Made by a program: the position numbers and the translations under genes. Under the pieces are notes generated by a model. The model did not search any database. It was not told where the DNA came from and saw nothing but the letters and a program-made list of their open reading frames with translations. Shown one piece after another: positions 57,403 through 64,000 of a stretch of DNA of 64,000 bases. The stretch is from Salinarimonas sp. (GTDB taxonomy: Bacteria; Pseudomonadota; Alphaproteobacteria; Rhizobiales; Beijerinckiaceae): positions 15,669 to 79,668 of the forward strand of contig JAFIEI010000009.1 in the NCBI GenBank assembly GCA_020832565.1. Reading direction: 5' to 3'. The first letter of the stretch is position 1. Each line of letters opens with the position of its first letter.

Positions 57403-58374
57403 TCACAATCCCAGAATTCCCGCGATGTCGTCGGCGGCGCTGGTGGGTGGCAGCGTGCCCGCGCGCACCTCGTCCTCGAGGCTGCGGATGCGCGCGCGAA
57501 GGCTCTTGTCGCCATGCAGGCGGCGATGGATGCGCTCCTCGATCATCGCCCACATCCATTTGATATCCTGCCCGCGCCGACGGGCGCTGATCTCGCCCTT
57601 GGCTTCGAGGCGCCCATGGTGGTCGCAGACATGCTCCCAGAGCTTGTCCAGCCCCTCGCCGGTAAGCCCCGATACGGTGATGACCGGCGGGCTCCATAGC
57701 GGCGATGCGGGGGCGAGGATATGCAAGGCGGCCCGGTAATCCACCGCTGCCGCGCGGGCACGCTCTGCGCCGTCGCCATCGGCCTTGTTGACCGCGATCA
57801 TGTCGGCGAGCTCGATGATGCCCTTCTTGATGCCCTGCAATTCGTCCCCGGCACCGGGCAGCATGAGCACCAGAAAGAAATCCGTAAGATCGGCTACCGC
57901 CGTTTCCGACTGGCCGACGCCGACAGTCTCGACGAGGATGACGTCGAAACCCGCCGCTTCGCATAGCAGCATGGTCTCGCGCGTCTTCGCCGCCACGCCG
58001 CCCAGTGTCCCCGAGGAGGGGGAGGGGCGGATATAGGCATTCGCGTCGACTGCGAGGCGCGCCATGCGGGTCTTGTCGCCGAGAATCGAGCCGCCGGTGC
58101 GGGTCGAGCTGGGATCCACCGCCAGCACGGCCACGCGCTTGCCCTGCGCGGTGAGCATGGATCCGAGCGTGTCGATCGTGGTCGATTTGCCGACGCCGGG
58201 AACGCCGGTAATGCCGACGCGCATTGCCTTGCCCGTTTCCGGCAGGATCTCCTCCAGAAGCGCGCGGGCGGCGTCGCGGCGATCCGCGCGACGTGATTCG
58301 ACGAGGGTGATGGCTCGCGCCAGCGCCGCACGCTCCCCGGCGAGCAGGCGCTTGCGCAGATCCGCAACATCAAT
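57403..58374 (-). CDS. meaB: Methylmalonyl-CoA mutase-associated GTPase MeaB/ArgK
   Basis: GVPGVGKST P-loop, LAVDPSSTRTGGSILGDKTRM, ILVETVGVGQSE, and NKAD. The conserved N-terminal segment DLRKRLLAGERAALARAITLVESRR is in frame upstream of the first ATG (58224). The start given here is an ATT codon and is uncertain. Confidence 0.85.
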   Translation of the reverse strand: MDVADLRKRLLAGERAALARAITLVESRRADRRDAARALLEEILPETGKAMRVGITGVPGVGKSTTIDTLGSMLTAQGKRVAVLAVDPSSTRTGGSILGDKTRMARLAVDANAYIRPSPSSGTLGGVAAKTRETMLLCEAAGFDVILVETVGVGQSETAVADLTDFFLVLMLPGAGDELQGIKKGIIELADMIAVNKADGDGAERARAAAVDYRAALHILAPASPLWSPPVITVSGLTGEGLDKLWEHVCDHHGRLEAKGEISARRRGQDIKWMWAMIEERIHRRLHGDKSLRARIRSLEDEVRAGTLPPTSAADDIAGILGL

Positions 58375-58876
58375 GGCAGGCGGCGTTCGTGCGGCGGTGG
58401 ACGCGGTGGCGGAAGGCTTTGGAATGACGACGATCCCCGTGAACTCGACCGGTAAAATTGACCCGGGAACTTGCCCCGAGAATCAGGCCCGACGCGGTCT
58501 TGGTTCGTAATGATCCGGGAGATTAGCGTCGTTGCGGCATGCCGACCAGCGGCAATGCCTCATCATCTATGCGCGGCATGCCCTGTTCGGTGATGCGGGC
58601 GGCCCTGCGCGTGCGGGATGTAGGCAATGTGATGGTCGGCCCCAGCCTGAGGCTCGCCGACTTGGCCGCCGAGCGGTCGCCCACGCGCGTCGCTGGGCCG
58701 TGGCGCCCACATCTGGCCGTAGGCCGGCATTTGGCAGTCGCGCAGCGCGAAACACGAACGCCCTCTCCCTCGGTTGAAGGACAGGGCGAAAAGATCATCG
58801 TTGCAGGCGAAACCGCCCGCGAATCAGCAGGCTAATCGGCGCGCCGTCTACAGCGCGCCTGCTCCGAAGTGCCGGA

Positions 58877-59104
58877 TCAGCGTGCCTTGCCCTTGGAGGG
58901 CAGGAGGCCTTCGCGCTGCATGCGCTTGCGGATCAGCTTGCGCGCCCGGCGCACGGCTTCCGCTTTCTCGCGGGCGCGCTTCTCGGACGGCTTTTCATAA
59001 TGACCGCGCAGCTTCATCTCGCGAAAGATGCCTTCGCGCTGCATCTTCTTCTTCAGAGCGCGGAGAGCCTGGTCGACATTGTTGTCACGAACGAGAACCT
59101 GCAC
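58877..59104 (-). CDS. rpsU: 30S ribosomal protein S21
   Basis: (M)[58 protein letters not shown] start at 59104. Confidence 0.9.
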   Translation of the reverse strand: MQVLVRDNNVDQALRALKKKMQREGIFREMKLRGHYEKPSEKRAREKAEAVRRARKLIRKRMQREGLLPSKGKAR

Positions 59105-59430
59105 GCGAAAACCTTCCTTGCTGTGATCGGTTGCGCAAAGTTGCGCACGATGATTTCGGAATGCGATAAGACACGGCGCTGGATTGCTCCGGCACCTGTC
59201 GATTGGCGTTGCACATAGCAGACGCTCGGGCGCTTGTCCACACATCGGCGCGCATCCGGCGTCGATCCTGGTTGTGCCGATCGGCTTGAGCCAATGCAGC
59301 TGCTCTCCTTGCCACAAAACTGAACGTGCGCGTTTGCGGGCGCCGTCGCGCGCCGATGCGCCGCCGTTGCCCCGAGCCGACGGATTTCCGGATGCGTTGT
59401 GCGCAAGCCCATCCTATACAGGCCGGACGG

Positions 59431-59463
59431 CCCCCTTCGCGAATCGCCGATTCGCGAAGGGGG
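59431..59463. other. Perfect hairpin/palindrome: 15-bp arms CCCCCTTCGCGAATC / GATTCGCGAAGGGGG with a 3-nt loop
   Basis: Read directly. It lies 45 nt upstream of the ruvB GTG, in the 400-bp rpsU-ruvB divergent spacer. Confidence 0.8.
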
Positions 59464-59507
59464 CGAGCGCCTGTCGGCGGCAGATCGAATCGAGGAGCAG
59501 GAGCGCG

Positions 59508-60587
<1,080 letters not shown>

Positions 60588-60671
60588 CCCGACGCGACAT
60601 TTTTGACACGGCATTGTTCGAAATGCAGGAACGCCATGCACTGTGAGCATGGCGGAATTGTCCGCAGCGCC

Positions 60672-60699
60672 CTTGCGAAAGTCTGGTACCCGCCATATT
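60672..60699 (+). promoter_or_regulatory. Sigma70-like promoter candidate (CTTGCG - 16 nt - CATATT)
   Basis: Resembles the alphaproteobacterial CTTGAC-N17-CTATAT consensus. Lies just upstream of the hairpin/terminator unit called as an sRNA. Confidence 0.4.
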
Positions 60700-60704
60700 T
60701 TGTG

Positions 60705-60797
60705 CAGTGCAACAGACGACGTTCTCGTTGTTGCATGCCCTCCTTGGGCGTTTCCTCCCTAGACTTGGGCCGCTCTTCGGAGCGGCCCTTTTTTTTC
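60705..60797 (+). ncRNA. Candidate trans-acting sRNA (~90 nt) with two CCUCC-type motifs and an intrinsic terminator
   Basis: 5' hairpin GCAACAGACGA-CGTTC-TCGTTGTTGC, a small hairpin GCCC-UCCUU-GGGC, a single-stranded UUUCCUCCCUAG, then the terminator. No ORF present. Intergenic between ruvB and a DMT transporter gene. Confidence 0.5.
60767..60796 (+). terminator. Rho-independent terminator GGGCCGCTC-TTCG-GAGCGGCCC + T8
   Basis: 9-bp GC-rich perfect stem, tetraloop, and eight consecutive T residues, read directly. Confidence 0.8.
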
Positions 60798-60970
60798 GAA
60801 GCCTCCCGGGCAACCCTCAGATCCGCCCGTAACGCGCATCCGGAAAATGCCCGGCGGTGAATCCGGCCTGTGCGTGATTGAGCCGCGCCTTTTTCCGCAG
60901 CCGGCGTTATGATCGCACGATGTGCCCGGCCATTGCCTGATCGGGCGCCCTTCTCCTTTCAGGTCCCCGC

Positions 60971-61855
60971 ATGTCTTCCCCGATACCCGAGCCCGGCCCC
61001 GATGCCGTCCTGCGGCGCGCCGTCATCGAGGCGCTGATCGGTGTTGCCATTCTCTCGGCGATGGATGCGCTGGTTAAGGGGCTTGCCGGCCATCTGCCGG
61101 TGATTGCCGTGACCTTCCTGCGCTTCGCCTTTGGTGCCGTCGCCGCGCTCACCGTCGCAGGGTTCGTGCGTCCCGGCTGGCCGAGCGCGGAAACGCTGCG
61201 CATCAATGCGGTGCGCGCGCTGCTGATCGTCTTCACCGCCCTGTGTTTCTTCTATGCGCTGAGCGTGCTGCCGCTCGCGGAAACGCTCGCGCTGGCCTTT
61301 CTCGCACCGGTCTTCATGGCTTTGTTCGCTGCCTTGCTCCTGCGCGAGATCATCACGCGGAGGGTGGTGATCGCCCTCGCTGCAGGCTTCGGCGGGATGC
61401 TGATCATCGTCTACGGCAAGGCTGAGACCGGGACGCTCGGACCGCAGGCGCTGCTTGGTGCCGCTGCGGCGCTCGCCTCGGCGGTGACCTATGCGCTTGC
61501 CATGGTGCTCCTGCGCGCCCGCGCGACGCGTGATTCGCTCGTCGTGATCGTGACCATGCACAACGTTCTGCCGGCGATCATCCTGCTCGGCCCCGCCCTG
61601 TTCGTCTGGGTCGCGCCGACGCCGCTGCAATGGGGTTGGGCGGCGCTTCTGGGCACGCTCGGCGTCGCCGGCCATCTCCTGCTCGCAAGTGCCTTCAAGC
61701 GGGCCGAGGCGGGGCGGATCGCGCCGCTCGACTATACCTCGCTGATCTGGGCCGTGGTCTTTGGCTATGCCTTTTTCGACGAGGTGCCCACGCTCTTCAC
61801 CTTCGCCGGTGCCGGGCTTATCATTCTCGGCGCGCTCAACGCCTCGCGACGCTGA
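60971..61855 (+). CDS. DMT-superfamily (EamA-like) transporter
   Basis: 294 aa, about 10 TM segments, with two EamA-like halves. Confidence 0.85.
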   Translation: MSSPIPEPGPDAVLRRAVIEALIGVAILSAMDALVKGLAGHLPVIAVTFLRFAFGAVAALTVAGFVRPGWPSAETLRINAVRALLIVFTALCFFYALSVLPLAETLALAFLAPVFMALFAALLLREIITRRVVIALAAGFGGMLIIVYGKAETGTLGPQALLGAAAALASAVTYALAMVLLRARATRDSLVVIVTMHNVLPAIILLGPALFVWVAPTPLQWGWAALLGTLGVAGHLLLASAFKRAEAGRIAPLDYTSLIWAVVFGYAFFDEVPTLFTFAGAGLIILGALNASRR

Positions 61856-61861
61856 GCGCAT

Positions 61862-62590
61862 TCAAAGGAAATGGGCCAGGAGCGGCAGGGCGAGCGCGGT
61901 GATCAGCCCGTTGAGCCCCATCGCGAGACCGGCATAGGCGCCCGCGACCGGGTGGACCTGGAAGGCGCGGGCGACGCCGATCCCGTGTGCCGCCGTCCCG
62001 ACGGCGAAGCCGCGTGCGCGCCAGTTGCGCACACCGATCAGGTCGAGCGTCATGGTGGCGAAGACCGCGCCGATCGCACCGGTGAGAATGACCAGCACCG
62101 CCGTCAGTGAGGGCAGGCCGCCGATCTGCTCGGAGACACCCATGGCGATCGGCGCCGTCACCGATTTCGGAGCAAGCGACAGCAGGGTCTCGCGGCTGGC
62201 GCCGAGCGCCCAGGCGAGGCCCAGCGCGCTCGCCACCGCCGTGGCCGAACCGCAGACGAGGGCCGTGATGAGCGGGACGGCCCGCCGCGCCAGCCTCGCG
62301 CCCTCACGCCACAGGGGCAGGGCGAGGCCGACCGTCGCGGTGCCGAGCAGGAAATGCACGAATTGCGCGCCGGCGAAATAGGTCTGGTAGGCGATATCCG
62401 AGACGGCGAGCAGCGCCACCAGCAGGATCACGGCGATCAGCACCGGATTGACGAGCGGCGAACCGGCGGCACGCCGTTGCAGGAACAACGCAAACTGATA
62501 GGCGACGAGCGTCGCGGTGAGCCAGAGCAGCGGCTCCGTGGCGAGATAGACCCACAGGTCTTCGAGGGCGGCTCCGTCCGGACCGGTCAT
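61862..62590 (-). CDS. lrgB: LrgB/CidB-family membrane protein
   Basis: Polytopic 242 aa with PKSVTAPIAMGVSEQIGG, typical of LrgB. 4-nt overlap with the upstream lrgA-like gene. Confidence 0.85.
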   Translation of the reverse strand: MTGPDGAALEDLWVYLATEPLLWLTATLVAYQFALFLQRRAAGSPLVNPVLIAVILLVALLAVSDIAYQTYFAGAQFVHFLLGTATVGLALPLWREGARLARRAVPLITALVCGSATAVASALGLAWALGASRETLLSLAPKSVTAPIAMGVSEQIGGLPSLTAVLVILTGAIGAVFATMTLDLIGVRNWRARGFAVGTAAHGIGVARAFQVHPVAGAYAGLAMGLNGLITALALPLLAHFL

Positions 62591-62949
62591 CGCTGCTTCT
62601 CCTCGTCGGAGCCCTCTCGCGGCGCGAGCGCGTCATAGACGAGCGCGGTGACGACGATCCCGGCAATGGTGCTGCCGATCAGCGCCACGAGAATCGGCAA
62701 CCACTCCTCCCGCAACAGGCCCAGATGCAGCGACACACCGACACCAGCGGGAATGAACAGCAGGCCGAGATTGGCCAGCAACCCGTCGACGAGGACGCCG
62801 AGCTTCTCCGCGAGCGCCGGGCGCAGGAAGAGTGCGATCACGAGCAGGACCATGCCCAGGACCGGGCCGGGCAGGGGCAGCCCTGCGAGCCGGGCGATGA
62901 TCTCGCCGGCCAGTTGAAAGATCAGGAGCCATGTGGCGGCTTCGAGCAT
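62587..62949 (-). CDS. lrgA: LrgA/CidA-family holin-like protein
   Basis: 120 aa, 4 TM segments, FQLAGEIIARLAGLPLPGPVLGMVLL motif. The ATG at 62949 is preferred over the longer track ORF. Confidence 0.8.
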   Translation of the reverse strand: MLEAATWLLIFQLAGEIIARLAGLPLPGPVLGMVLLVIALFLRPALAEKLGVLVDGLLANLGLLFIPAGVGVSLHLGLLREEWLPILVALIGSTIAGIVVTALVYDALAPREGSDEEKQR

Positions 62950-63156
62950 CGCTTGTCTCCGCGGGCGGGATTTGCAGAACGGTGCGGGCAGCATAGACCG
63001 CTGCACCGGATCGGCGAAGGCTGGGAACTTTCCGGGCCGCTCGCCCGTATTTTCCCGAGGCTTGCGGGAAACCCGCCCGTGGCGCACCTCTCATCGACCA
63101 CGATCCGCAATGATCGACGATGATCAGCAAGCAGCACGGTCTCCGGAGACACCGCC

Positions 63157-64000
63157 TTGGCAGAATCGGCCCCGCAAAATACGGCTGAGAACGAAACCGC
63201 AGTGCAAGACCCGGCTGAGGATGGGCCGCGCCCGCACAAACCCGCATCCACGCGCCCGGATCGCTCGACCTGGATTGCAGCCGGCCTCGTGCTGGCGCTG
63301 GTCCTGTGGATGGGCTCCGGTCTCGTCTTTCCCGCCGAGGAGCCGGAGCGGGTCGTTCGCGATGACACGGTCGCGCCGGTTGCCGTCTCGGTACGCGATT
63401 CGCGGGCCGAACCGGTGGAGCAGATATTCATCGCCGAGGGGCAGGCCCTGCCGGTGCGCGATACGGTCTTGCGCGCGGAGATGTCGGGTGAGATCGTCGC
63501 GCTCGAGGCCCGGCGCGGCGATGATGTTACCGAGGGCAGCGTCATCGCCCGTTTCGATGCCGAGGAACGCGAAGCCGCGCGGGCGCAGGCACAAGCCGAG
63601 CTGGAGCGTGCCGAACGCGAGCTCGACCAGGCCGAGACCCTGCTCGATCGCGGCACGGGCACCCTCGACCGCGTCGTCAATGCGCGTACCGCCCGCGCGG
63701 CTGCACAGGCGAGCCTCGTCTCGGCGCAGCGCGCGGAACGCCACACGGCAATCCGGGCGAGTTTCGACGGGCGGCTCGACGATCTCGATATCGAGGTCGG
63801 CGAATTCGTCTCCGCCGGGGAGAATGTGGGGCGGCTTATCGATCTCGACCCGCTGCGCGTCGAGATCCGTGTGCCGCAACAGGTCCTGCGTGGAATCCGC
63901 CCCGGCATGCCGGCGCAGGTGCGCTTCATCACCGGTGAGACGGGGGAGGGCGAGATCCGTTTCGTCGGCGCCGCCGCCGATCCGCAGACCCGCACCTTCC
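63157..64000 (+). CDS. RND/HlyD-family efflux periplasmic adaptor, 3'-truncated by the window end
   Basis: Open frame to the window end, so absent from the ORF track. TM anchor WIAAGLVLALVLWMGSGLVF, coiled coil AQAELERAERELDQAE, and IRASFDGRLDDLDIEVGEFV. Start is TTG 63157 or GTG 63202. Confidence 0.8.
   Translation, partial: MAESAPQNTAENETAVQDPAEDGPRPHKPASTRPDRSTWIAAGLVLALVLWMGSGLVFPAEEPERVVRDDTVAPVAVSVRDSRAEPVEQIFIAEGQALPVRDTVLRAEMSGEIVALEARRGDDVTEGSVIARFDAEEREAARAQAQAELERAERELDQAETLLDRGTGTLDRVVNARTARAAAQASLVSAQRAERHTAIRASFDGRLDDLDIEVGEFVSAGENVGRLIDLDPLRVEIRVPQQVLRGIRPGMPAQVRFITGETGEGEIRFVGAAADPQTRTF

Noticed and set aside
58826-58862. A GC-rich inverted repeat (GGCGCGC-N8-GCGCGCC, with an overlapping AGCAGGC/GCCTGCT pair) just downstream of rpsU, as a possible terminator.
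   Set aside because: The two pairings are mutually exclusive and no U-tract follows on the rpsU strand. The support is too weak to call.
58375-58876. A 500-bp gap between rpsU and meaB with 60-98-codon ORFs in several frames (58523-58798 minus, 58539-58835 plus, 58567-58755 minus).
   Set aside because: Several overlapping frames on both strands are open at once, and the translations are Arg/Ser/Pro-rich with no motif I recognise. I could not find a cobalamin-riboswitch B12 box or any other RNA signature by eye. It is left unannotated; an Rfam scan and BLASTX for a decayed gene would settle it.
60633-60653. The hairpin GCCATGC-N7-GCATGGC, 46 nt after the ruvB stop, as the ruvB terminator.
   Set aside because: It has a 7-bp stem but no U-tract. 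It could equally be part of the upstream region of the sRNA candidate, so it is not called as a feature.

Overview
High-GC window (hand-counted lines mostly mid-60s % G+C) that looks like an alphaproteobacterial, Hyphomicrobiales/Rhizobiales-like chromosome; the taxon is an inference from gene content. It is gene-dense, and most of it is core housekeeping. Core genes include a flagellar rod/P-ring cluster (flgB-flgC-fliE-flgG-flgA-flgI, plus a fliN-like gene), lipB, hisC-tyrC, prfA-prmC, ctaA, mobA, argE, meaB, rpsU and ruvB, plus several ABC, RND, MFS and DMT transporters. Accessory or unusual parts, in window order: (1) an IS3-family end that truncates a peptide-ABC ATPase gene; (2) a very AT-rich spacer with small stress-type proteins; (3) a ~107-bp structured dispersed repeat present twice in opposite orientation; (4) a translationally coupled MFS-DUF58-(TgpA-like protein without a transglutaminase core)-MoxR chain; (5) a run of domain-duplicated VOC/SRPBCC/DUF1428 proteins next to MarR- and TetR-controlled modules; (6) an arsR-acr3-usp operon; (7) a compact phosphonate island (cytidylyltransferase-PepM fusion, phosphonopyruvate decarboxylase, Fe-ADH) with no aminotransferase or acceptor transferase; (8) a low-GC two-gene insertion of unknown function coupled to the 3' end of hisC-tyrC; (9) a peptide ABC operon with no binding-protein gene but a ~570-bp leader holding a 20-codon ORF and an intrinsic terminator; (10) a promoter-to-terminator sRNA candidate with CCUCC motifs. 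No rRNA, tRNA or CRISPR array was found. Many long ORFs in the track are antisense shadows typical of high-GC DNA and were not called. All family assignments come from motifs read in the translations; no database search was run.
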